IMG/VR virus record: IMGVR_UViG_3300020152_000001
Span: 108,766-132,731 of that record
Source of the DNA: a virus
Lineage: Duplodnaviria > Heunggongvirae > Uroviricota > Caudoviricetes
Length of the DNA stretch: 23,966 nucleotides
Strand: one strand, 5' to 3'
The notes beneath the pieces were generated by a model. The model did not search any database and was not told the origin of the DNA. It saw only the letters and a list, made by a program, of their open reading frames with translations. Below, piece after piece: positions 17,503 to 23,966 of this stretch. Positions within the stretch are counted from its first letter, which is position 1. Each line of letters begins with the position of its first letter. Position numbers and translations under genes: made by a program.

Positions 17503-17877
17503 TTAGACTTCGCGGACGTGCAGCATGTGCAGGCTCTCGCCGGGGACGCCGAGAATGCGTTGCACGTTGTAGGTTTTCTCTGCACCGTTGACGGTGGCGA
17601 TGATGCGGTCGTTCTCGTTGGGATTGACGGGCAAATCCTTCGCGGGGATCAGCACCTTCATGTCCGTGGTCACGATGACTTCGCCGTCGAGTTCGTTCAG
17701 GCCAAAGCGAGCGAGCACGCCTTTGACTTCGTGCTCTGCCGTGGTCTCGGTGATGGCTCCGGTTTCGGGATTGTACGCAGGCGCGGTCACCGACACGTAA
17801 GTGATCGTCGGAGCCAAGTCGTCGAGCGTTACGAAGGCATTCGAGACGAGATCGCGGATGAGATCGCGGAACGCCAT
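17503..17877 (-). CDS. Head-tail joining (stopper/closure) protein (124 aa)
   Basis: Motif YNPETG..T...D.KVLIP...P...D.I; lies between adaptor and neck gene. Confidence 0.75.
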   Translation of the reverse strand: MAFRDLIRDLVSNAFVTLDDLAPTITYVSVTAPAYNPETGAITETTAEHEVKGVLARFGLNELDGEVIVTTDMKVLIPAKDLPVNPNENDRIIATVNGAEKTYNVQRILGVPGESLHMLHVREV

Positions 17878-17878
17878 G

Positions 17879-18388
17879 TTACGTCCGCTTGATTGGCTTG
17901 AACCCGTTGCCGCCAGCGATGACGCCTAGGCCACGAAGCAGCGCACCGATCGTCGAGGGGATCACCGGAGCCCGGTAGTATTCGTCGAATTCCAAACGCA
18001 CGACATCAGCTTGCAGAACCTTGAGCCCTTCCTTGCCGGTCTCTTGTGTCCGATCGCGAACCATGAGGAAGCGCGCGAGTTCGCAGACGGCGTTTTTCAG
18101 CGCCGTTGGGATTTCGTTGACGCCGATCGGTGTGCCGTCGACATCCTTGACGTTCGTTCGCGGCCACCGCAGCGGCGAGTCTTCGTCGGTTTTTACGCCG
18201 TACCAAGTCGCCTGGGCGTCGATCTCTCGCGTCGCCCAGATGAGAAGGTTCTCTTTGTTCTCAACCGTCAGCGCCGACCATTGGGCGAAGACGTGGATGT
18301 TTGCCGAGAGATACGCGTCGGCGTAGTCGACATCGACATAGGAATTGGCGCCGTCGACGACGGTGCCGTCTTCCACGACCAAGGCCAT
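17879..18388 (-). CDS. Head-tail adaptor/connector, 'DnaT-like' phage family (169 aa)
   Basis: Start reassigned to ATG 18388 with GGAGG RBS. Motif MALVVEDGT..GANSYVDV..ADAY...L.WPR...IP..LK.A.CELA. Confidence 0.85.
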   Translation of the reverse strand: MALVVEDGTVVDGANSYVDVDYADAYLSANIHVFAQWSALTVENKENLLIWATREIDAQATWYGVKTDEDSPLRWPRTNVKDVDGTPIGVNEIPTALKNAVCELARFLMVRDRTQETGKEGLKVLQADVVRLEFDEYYRAPVIPSTIGALLRGLGVIAGGNGFKPIKRT

Positions 18389-18412
18389 GGGCGCCCTCCG
18401 CGCTAAGGGGTG

Positions 18413-18440
18413 AAGAAAAGGGCGGGGCCGGAGCCCCGCC
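18413..18440 (-). terminator. Intrinsic terminator-like hairpin in the adaptor leader
   Basis: GGCGGGGC-UCCG-GCCCCGCC followed by CUUUUCUU: 8-bp GC stem with a C(UNCG)G loop; the U tract is interrupted. Confidence 0.6.
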
Positions 18441-18488
18441 GGATGCCGGCGCAACCAAGTGCCGGCGAGCGGCCGTAGCCGAAGCTGA

Positions 18489-18547
18489 AAGTTAACCACA
18501 CTGACGGCAAAAGTCAATCTGGCTTACGGCCCCGGGCGACTTGTCAA
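18489..18547 (-). promoter_or_regulatory. Putative promoter P4 with operator half-site array
   Basis: TTGACT (18517-18512), 17 nt, TAACTT; a second TTGACA at 18547-18542. Plus strand AGTTAA-N5-CTGACG-N5-AGTCAA-N5-CTTACG. Confidence 0.6.
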
Positions 18548-18552
18548 GCCCA

Positions 18553-19263
18553 TTAACGGCTCTGCTCGAAGGCCGCGACCCACTCTCGGGCGATGGCCGA
18601 CCTCACCACGTCTTCGGGGCCAAACTCGATGACCTCGGCCTCTATCCCGCATTCGTCGACCATTTCGAGAATGCGGGATAAACCGCTGTCGTGGATGTCC
18701 ACCTGCGTTGGGTCGCCACAAACTACGACCTGAGAGTCCTCCCCTATCCGGGTCAGAAACATCTTCAGGTCACCTAGCGTGCAATTCTGCGCCTCGTCGA
18801 GGAGCACACAGGCGTTGGGTATCGAACGGCCTCGCATGTGTTCGAAGCTTAGGAATTCGATCTTGCCGTCCTGCCGGAGCTTCTCGATCGTGGCTCCGCT
18901 GGCCTCGGCCGCGAAACCGTCGAGGATGGGAATGAGCCAAGGCTGGAGCTTTGCTTGGAGGTTGCCGGGGAGGAAGCCTTGGCGATGACGATCGGCGGAC
19001 ACTGTCGGCCGGCAGACGACGACCTTGTCGAAGTCTCCGGCAATGACGCCGCGAAGGGCGAGGCGGGCCGCGATGTAAGTTTTGCCGGAGCCGGCGGCTC
19101 CGATGCCCATCACCTGATCAAACTCGCTCAGGGCGGCGATATAGCGCGTCTGGGCGGGGGTTCGGGCCTTCAGCGGGGGAAACGTCCGCTGTTGTTTTTC
19201 GGCCCTCATACGGCGACGCTCGCGCCGCTTCTCGGCCTTTGATTGGTGGGTAGTTGGCTCCAT
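18553..19263 (-). CDS. phoH: PhoH-family ATPase (236 aa)
   Basis: Walker A GAAGSGKT, RPTV, GFLPG, RGRS, DEAQN and GDPTQVD motifs. Start reassigned to ATG 19263 with GGGAGG RBS. Confidence 0.95.
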   Translation of the reverse strand: MEPTTHQSKAEKRRERRRMRAEKQQRTFPPLKARTPAQTRYIAALSEFDQVMGIGAAGSGKTYIAARLALRGVIAGDFDKVVVCRPTVSADRHRQGFLPGNLQAKLQPWLIPILDGFAAEASGATIEKLRQDGKIEFLSFEHMRGRSIPNACVLLDEAQNCTLGDLKMFLTRIGEDSQVVVCGDPTQVDIHDSGLSRILEMVDECGIEAEVIEFGPEDVVRSAIAREWVAAFEQSR

Positions 19264-19280
19264 CGGGACCTCCCAGGCAC

Positions 19281-19312
19281 AAAAAAGGCGGTCGGGCCAT
19301 CGGCCCGCCGCC
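19281..19312 (-). terminator. Intrinsic terminator immediately upstream of phoH
   Basis: GGCGGCGGGCC-GAU-GGCCCG(A)CCGCC followed by UUUUUU. Confidence 0.8.
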
Positions 19313-19351
19313 AGGGTGAGTTCGCAGGTAGGAGAAGATCGCGGCTTAGCT

Positions 19352-19651
19352 TCATCCCGTTGGCGGAGCACCGCCGAACGCAGCTTGGAGGCCGAGCCAA
19401 AGGAGGGTGCCGAGGGCGGTGACGCCGGACGCAATCACGGCGCCGACCAGGGCGATGCGGGAGGCACGAGAGCCCGTGCGAAGATCGCGGAGATAGGCTT
19501 GGTCCTTTTGGACTTCGAGGGGCTTGCTGATGTCAAAGCCCAAAGTCGTCAAGGCGCGCGGCAGCGCTACTTCCACGGCTTGTTCCGCCGCACGTTGAAG
19601 TGCGGCGTCGAGATCGCCACGGGAGATGACGACGAGTTCCTGATCTTCCAT
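19352..19651 (-). CDS. Small membrane protein with a C-terminal TM helix, holin-like candidate (99 aa)
   Basis: Hydrophobic stretch IALVGAVIASGVTALGTLLWLGLQAAF after a soluble helical N-terminus. Confidence 0.65.
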   Translation of the reverse strand: MEDQELVVISRGDLDAALQRAAEQAVEVALPRALTTLGFDISKPLEVQKDQAYLRDLRTGSRASRIALVGAVIASGVTALGTLLWLGLQAAFGGAPPTG

Positions 19652-19661
19652 GACACCAGCC

Positions 19662-19847
19662 CTATTCTTGTTCTTGTTGTTGGGCTTGCCGCTCGCGGGC
19701 GGCGGTTACATAGGGAATTCCGAGAACGGTCTCGGGAGATTTCGATGGGTGTTCGAAGGTCCACCCGCGTTTGACGATGAGGTCGTCCAGGCGGTCGGGA
19801 GTGACTTCGAACATCTGCCCGTCTGGGTCATAAACTGTCACGAGCAC
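19662..19847 (-). CDS. Small hypothetical protein (61 aa)
   Basis: GTG 19847 with GGAGG 6 nt upstream. Protein-like sequence MLVTVYDPDGQMFEVTPDRLDDLIVKRGWTF. Confidence 0.6.
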   Translation of the reverse strand: MLVTVYDPDGQMFEVTPDRLDDLIVKRGWTFEHPSKSPETVLGIPYVTAARERQAQQQEQE

Positions 19848-19945
19848 GGCCGCCTCCGAAAGGCGTGAGACCCTGGCAGCGGCTGGACGACCCATTCTAA
19901 TCTACAGGTGTGTGATCGCGTCCGCTTGTTGTCCCACGGCGGCTA

Positions 19946-20010
19946 TGTAAGCAGAACTGACGGCCGATGTCAAGCAGACTGACGGACCCCTGTCAGCCGG
20001 CGGCGGTCAA
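19946..20010 (-). promoter_or_regulatory. Putative promoter P5 with tandem operators
   Basis: TTGACA at 19973-19968; the -10 is not clear. Plus strand TGTAAG-N5-CTGACG-N5-TGTCAA-N5-CTGACG-N6-TGTCAG. Confidence 0.55.
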
Positions 20011-20017
20011 CCCCCTG

Positions 20018-20434
20018 CTACCACTTGAAGAAATTCTTCACCGCCGCGAGGATGCCGGTATCGCCGTCTGCGGTCCCGTCGCCGTCGAGATCGTCGGTAC
20101 GGGCGGCTTGAATGCGATCGAGCAGTTGGTTGTAACGTGACGCGATCTCGTCGCGTTCGCCAACCGCTTGCCGAGCGAGGTCTTGCGCTTCCGCGAGCTG
20201 GGACCGAACGGTCGTGAGTGTGGTGTTCAGCGCATCGAACTTCTTCAAGACCTCCATGTTGATCTCTTGCGAGATCACTGAGAGATCGAATCCCTCAGCT
20301 AGGGCTTGCTTGACGTTAAGTGTGCGCTGCCGCAGCGGGTCCTCAACCTGCGCCACCGTGATCTGATACGCCGGAGCTTCGGCGTCGTTTGGGGAACGGC
20401 CGCGATATAGAAACTCGTAGAGAAACTCAGCCAT
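20018..20434 (-). CDS. Fibre-associated coiled-coil protein, possible assembly chaperone (138 aa)
   Basis: Start reassigned to ATG 20434 (TAATG-coupled to the fibre gene). Heptad-like LNTTLTTVRSQLAEAQDLARQAVGERDEIASRYNQLLDRI. Confidence 0.7.
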   Translation of the reverse strand: MAEFLYEFLYRGRSPNDAEAPAYQITVAQVEDPLRQRTLNVKQALAEGFDLSVISQEINMEVLKKFDALNTTLTTVRSQLAEAQDLARQAVGERDEIASRYNQLLDRIQAARTDDLDGDGTADGDTGILAAVKNFFKW

Positions 20435-23400
20435 TAGAGAACCCTGTAAGAAAATTGGAAGGAGATGAATTGCGCTGACGTGTTGGCGGAACACATGACC
20501 ATTTCCGCACGATCGTTGGTGGTCTCGCCGTAAACACGAACACCCGGAGACACAGAACCAGTGGCCGAAGCCGTGGCACCTGAACCCAAGAGATCAGTGT
20601 ACGCCGCCAAGTTGGACGCGATCGGTAGCGAGACGCCCCATTCGGTAAGAGCACCCGTTCCCGTCGTAGGATCGATTTGCACGGTGCCACTCACATGTAC
20701 GCGCGAGCCGCGACGTTCATAGAAGCAGACATCGGCAACCGAAGACGCGACGTTTCCAACGCCGGTGATCGTCGGCGTGTACGTGCCTTCGATGTTCGCG
20801 GTAGTGGCATCGAGGACCCAGTTCGTGCCGTCGTAGACGAACTCCGCGCTGCCGGTTGACCCCGAAGGAAAAACCAACAAGTCAGTGCCATTGTGATTGT
20901 CGACGGTCAAAGAGAACGCGCCGCCGCCGGTACGGACAACGCGAACACGCATGCCGAAATGCGCTTGACCCGTGTTGGCAAGGGTGATGACTCGGTTAGC
21001 AGTGAGCGTGCCAACCATTTCGATGACGTTGCCGTAAACGAGCGCCGACCACGAAAGATCGGCATCTCCCATTTGAGTGATGCCTTGGTCTCCCCAGCGA
21101 CGCCACTTTCCTGAAGCCGCATCAGATACGAGCTGGCCGTGTCCCGTGGCGTTGCTGGAGCCCATGCCGCCGAGATCGCTGACGGTGATGATTTCCCCGC
21201 CGGCTCCAGCTGTCGGTAGGGTCGCTATCGTGTAGATGCGTGGACGCAGAGGCACGCCGGCTGCGACGTGAGTCGGTGCGATTTGCAGATGCGTCGTCGT
21301 AGCGGAGTCGCACGAAATCGACAGGACGCGGGTATTATCTGCCATCATGCGGACACGTTCCGCATTACTGGCGTTCATGAAGAAGACGTAGGCGGGGTTC
21401 GTGCCAGAACCCCAAGCCGCGAAGGCGCCGTAGCCGCTGCCACCCCTAGAGTTGATGATCGAAGCACCGGCGGTATTTGTGGCATCGATGACGTTTTGCG
21501 ACGTGGTGCTAATTGTGATCGCACCTGACAGAAACGCAGCGAAGCCGCTGTCATCGGCAAGACGTGCATGCACAGCTGCGCCACTGGCTTTAATAGCGGG
21601 CGACGCGCTGGTGATCCCGCCGAGAGCCAGGAACGGGCCCACCATCCAGCTTCGAGTTGCAAGGTCGATACGCCAAGCCGTGCTTTCGAATGCATCAGCG
21701 GACGTGTGAACGAAGCCAGACAGAACGTCAGCGGTGGCGCCCACTAGGAATTTGCGGTTTGCGCCGCTGCCCCAACGGAGATACGTGTTCTCCGCCATGT
21801 TAAGCGCGGTGCTGCCGGAATTCGTGAACGTGTGCAGGCCCGTGAACGCGTTGCCGGTCAGAACGGCGACGCGGGCATTGTTCTCGTAGAGCTGACCGAA
21901 GTTGAGGGTATTGTTACCCTTATCTCCGCCGGTGGCGCTGGGATGATACACACCACCGCCGACGTTCAACCGCCGGCCTGAAGAGCCAGCGACATACGTG
22001 TCCATACCCCATGCGGAGTCTTCGCTCCCGTCAGTTGGGTCTATGATGTAGCCAGATAGCACACCGTACTGGACGGCGTTGCCTCCGCTGTCTCGACCCC
22101 AAACCGCGAGGCCGCCGAGTTGGTCGCTGGCGGCTGGAGACGCGCTGTTGTGGAATACCTGAAAGAACGGGCCCACGTTGCTGTCGTTCGATCGGATCAA
22201 CGACATCGGATACGTGGTGTCGGCGGTGATCGTTTGCGCGCCCGTGATCGTGTTCGCGCCTAGTGTGGCTACACGGACGTTGGCTTCGTAGATTTGTCCG
22301 AAGTTGATGGTGTTGTCGCCTTTGTCTCCGCCGGTGACAGTCGGGTGATAGAGCCCGGCGTCAATGCGAAGGCGAACGCTGGCGCTGCCGGCCACCATGG
22401 TCTCGAAGGCCCAGCGAGCATCTTCACTGCCATCGGTTGGATCGATGAGAGTCGCGAACAGCCGCAAGTAGCTGGTGAGATTGCCGCCGCTATCGTTGCC
22501 CTGCACTGCGAGAGCAAACAGGGAGTCTGAAGCAGCTGGCGACGCACTCAGATGCTGGGTGACCAGTTGCGGCCCGTTTGTTCCGTCGTCGCTGCGGCGA
22601 AGTATCAGCGGCGTTAGGCCCGCGCTGATGACTTGCTGCGCGGTGAAGACGTTCGCATCGTCCAGGCCGGCGATGCCCGCGTTTGATCGAAACAATGCCA
22701 ACGTCGACTGAGCCAGCGCCGTCTGCAGGCCCGAGATGATGTTGAGCTTTGCCGGCGTGATGATGTTGTCGGCAAATGCGCCAAGCGCCAGTTGCCCGAA
22801 ACCCAGAGACGTACCGCTGCGGCGCAGAACGTATCCATCGGTGCCCGCAGTGATAGCGTGTGGTGCCGCCGTAGCATTGCTGTTGTTGCCGATGACGGAC
22901 AGAGCGGCGACGTGGGCCATCTGAGCAAAGTCGACGGCGTCGTCAGCGATCATCGCCTGAGTGATCTGGCGGAAAGCCACGGTGCTGCCGTCGTAGGAAA
23001 CGGCGCCGACAGTGCTGGCGGCGATGAGTTCTGGATTTCCGCCAGTGGAACTGCGGCCGAGAACACCACGAGAGCCCAGGACTGCTAGCATCGAAAGCTC
23101 GACGGAGCTGGCCTTGATGCCGAGCGAAACGGTGCCGGCTCCATCGTTGTAAGTGGCGTCAATGGTGTCGCTATCGACAATCATCGAGCCTACGGCATCC
23201 TGGACGCCTTCGAGGAAGTCCGTGATTTGCGAAGTCGTGTGAGTGTGAACCGCAGGCGCGGCACCGACATCCTCATAGTCGAGTTCGACGACTCCGATCT
23301 GGCCGTTCACAGTGGAAACGGCGTCGGTGGTGTCCGACTTTTCCCAGACACTGTCGGAGTTGAGGATTGCATAGTCGCCGACTTCGAAGTCGATGGTGCC

Positions 23401-23874
23401 GCTGCCTAGGTCCTGAAACCCGGCAACGCTCACGCGATAAACATCGCCCGGAGTCCCCACTCCATCGGTGAGAGCTGGTGAGTTGGCGTCCGCGTCCCAG
23501 ACGCCGCGATAGCGGAAGGCCCCTACCGTCAGCTGGGACGCGGGGATACGGCCGTTGCCGTCAAGGGTAGCGACGCCGTTGTTGGCGCCCAACAATGCAA
23601 GCGGAATCGCTCCCTGGTCCTCTGCGGACGGGAGTTGAGCAAGCGGCACCAATCCATCATCGTCGAGTTCAGCGACGCCGTTGGCTGTACCTTTTTGCGA
23701 TGTCGGGATTGCGCCAATGGCCGTGGCCGTCAGCAGAGTCAGCACGAAGTCGTAGACGCGTTGCAGCGTCATTCGCTTCGACAGGCCAGCAGACGTATCA
23801 ACGACCGCGACGATGTCGTCGGCGGCCGGCGTCTCTGCTAGTTCAGGGAGCTGGGTGAATTTCTTAGTCGCCAC
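20434..23874 (-). CDS. Large modular phage fibre protein (1146 aa)
   Basis: Fibre motifs: N-terminal KKFTQLP, two GVA.LD..G..P..QL repeats, G.WDA..N.P.L..G.G..GD.Y.V..AG domain, VSTVNGQIGVVEL, HTH metal motif, internal repeats, TLTANRVITL..YDGTNW domain, C-terminal EGTYTPT..Y.R.G..VHV knob. Confidence 0.85.
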   Translation of the reverse strand: MATKKFTQLPELAETPAADDIVAVVDTSAGLSKRMTLQRVYDFVLTLLTATAIGAIPTSQKGTANGVAELDDDGLVPLAQLPSAEDQGAIPLALLGANNGVATLDGNGRIPASQLTVGAFRYRGVWDADANSPALTDGVGTPGDVYRVSVAGFQDLGSGTIDFEVGDYAILNSDSVWEKSDTTDAVSTVNGQIGVVELDYEDVGAAPAVHTHTTSQITDFLEGVQDAVGSMIVDSDTIDATYNDGAGTVSLGIKASSVELSMLAVLGSRGVLGRSSTGGNPELIAASTVGAVSYDGSTVAFRQITQAMIADDAVDFAQMAHVAALSVIGNNSNATAAPHAITAGTDGYVLRRSGTSLGFGQLALGAFADNIITPAKLNIISGLQTALAQSTLALFRSNAGIAGLDDANVFTAQQVISAGLTPLILRRSDDGTNGPQLVTQHLSASPAASDSLFALAVQGNDSGGNLTSYLRLFATLIDPTDGSEDARWAFETMVAGSASVRLRIDAGLYHPTVTGGDKGDNTINFGQIYEANVRVATLGANTITGAQTITADTTYPMSLIRSNDSNVGPFFQVFHNSASPAASDQLGGLAVWGRDSGGNAVQYGVLSGYIIDPTDGSEDSAWGMDTYVAGSSGRRLNVGGGVYHPSATGGDKGNNTLNFGQLYENNARVAVLTGNAFTGLHTFTNSGSTALNMAENTYLRWGSGANRKFLVGATADVLSGFVHTSADAFESTAWRIDLATRSWMVGPFLALGGITSASPAIKASGAAVHARLADDSGFAAFLSGAITISTTSQNVIDATNTAGASIINSRGGSGYGAFAAWGSGTNPAYVFFMNASNAERVRMMADNTRVLSISCDSATTTHLQIAPTHVAAGVPLRPRIYTIATLPTAGAGGEIITVSDLGGMGSSNATGHGQLVSDAASGKWRRWGDQGITQMGDADLSWSALVYGNVIEMVGTLTANRVITLANTGQAHFGMRVRVVRTGGGAFSLTVDNHNGTDLLVFPSGSTGSAEFVYDGTNWVLDATTANIEGTYTPTITGVGNVASSVADVCFYERRGSRVHVSGTVQIDPTTGTGALTEWGVSLPIASNLAAYTDLLGSGATASATGSVSPGVRVYGETTNDRAEMVMCSANTSAQFISFQFSYRVL
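21853..22653 (-). repeat. Tandem ~134-aa domain duplication inside the fibre gene
   Basis: SASPAASD..G.DSGGN..IDPTDGSED..YHP..TGGDKG.NT.NFGQ.YE.N.RVA occurs twice, 402 nt apart. Confidence 0.9.
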
Positions 23875-23966
23875 TGTCGACCTGCTCCGCGATTAGTTGA
23901 TCACCAGACTCCGTGATCAGCGGTTCGTCGGACTCGGTGACGAGGGCGAGGAGGCCTACGAAAAAC
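23864..23966 (-). CDS. 3' end of an upstream structural gene with an acidic TES-repeat tail (partial)
   Basis: The frame from 23965 reads FFVGLLALVTESDEPLITESGDQLIAEQVDSGD*; its end overlaps the GTG start of the fibre gene. Confidence 0.6.
   Translation of the reverse strand, partial: FFVGLLALVTESDEPLITESGDQLIAEQVDSGD

Noticed and set aside
17879-18388. DnaT-like ssDNA-binding/primosome function
   Set aside because: The family name is a database label; position between phoH and stopper/neck genes indicates a head-tail adaptor.
18389-18552. tRNA in the structured intergenic gaps (also 9038-9223 and 19848-20017)
   Set aside because: No cloverleaf, T-loop GTTCRA or D-loop consensus could be found by eye; tRNAscan-SE would settle it.
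3889-19973. Operator motif as a host CtrA (TTAA-N7-TTAA), FNR/FixK (TTGA-N6-TCAA) or alphaproteobacterial LexA (GTTC-N7-GTTC) box
   Set aside because: Spacing and symmetry do not match: the sites are 17-bp inverted repeats CTRAC-N7-GTCAR. Several nearby TTAAC strings are simply stop codons.
1895-23874. Diversity-generating retroelement targeting a fibre or baseplate gene
   Set aside because: No reverse transcriptase and no near-identical template/variable repeat pair differing at adenines was seen. A TR outside the window cannot be excluded.

Overview
A ~24 kb segment of a GC-rich (roughly 60-65%) long-tailed (siphovirus-type) phage or prophage. All credible genes are on the minus strand; the host is probably alphaproteobacterial (inference from GC content and promoter style only). 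In transcription order (high to low coordinates): end of an acidic-tailed gene, a 1146-aa modular fibre protein and a coupled coiled-coil protein, two small genes (one with a TM helix), phoH, head-tail adaptor, stopper, neck/completion protein, a tail-terminator paralog fused to an extra domain, three fibre/adaptor genes (collagen plus CBM5/12-like repeats), a second plain tail terminator, a 601-aa tail tube with nested insertions, G/GT tail chaperones with a -1 frameshift (A AAA AAC), a 1429-aa tape measure, two paralogous baseplate proteins, a 559-aa tail-tip protein and the start of a DUF2163-like hub. The tail-tip layout resembles, from recall, YuA/D3112/phiCbK-type siphophages. The main oddities are: (1) two tail-terminator paralogs (~51% identical, hand-aligned) bracketing a ~4.7 kb fibre cassette whose proteins share end domains in a daisy-chain pattern, suggesting a neck-anchored, serially docked fibre; (2) an 11-bp-periodic array of alternating operator half-sites over TTGACA-type promoters in most large intergenic gaps; (3) several leaders with competing RNA folds. 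No tRNA, CRISPR array, integrase, transposase or reverse transcriptase was seen. Functional names rest on motif recognition and gene order, not database searches.
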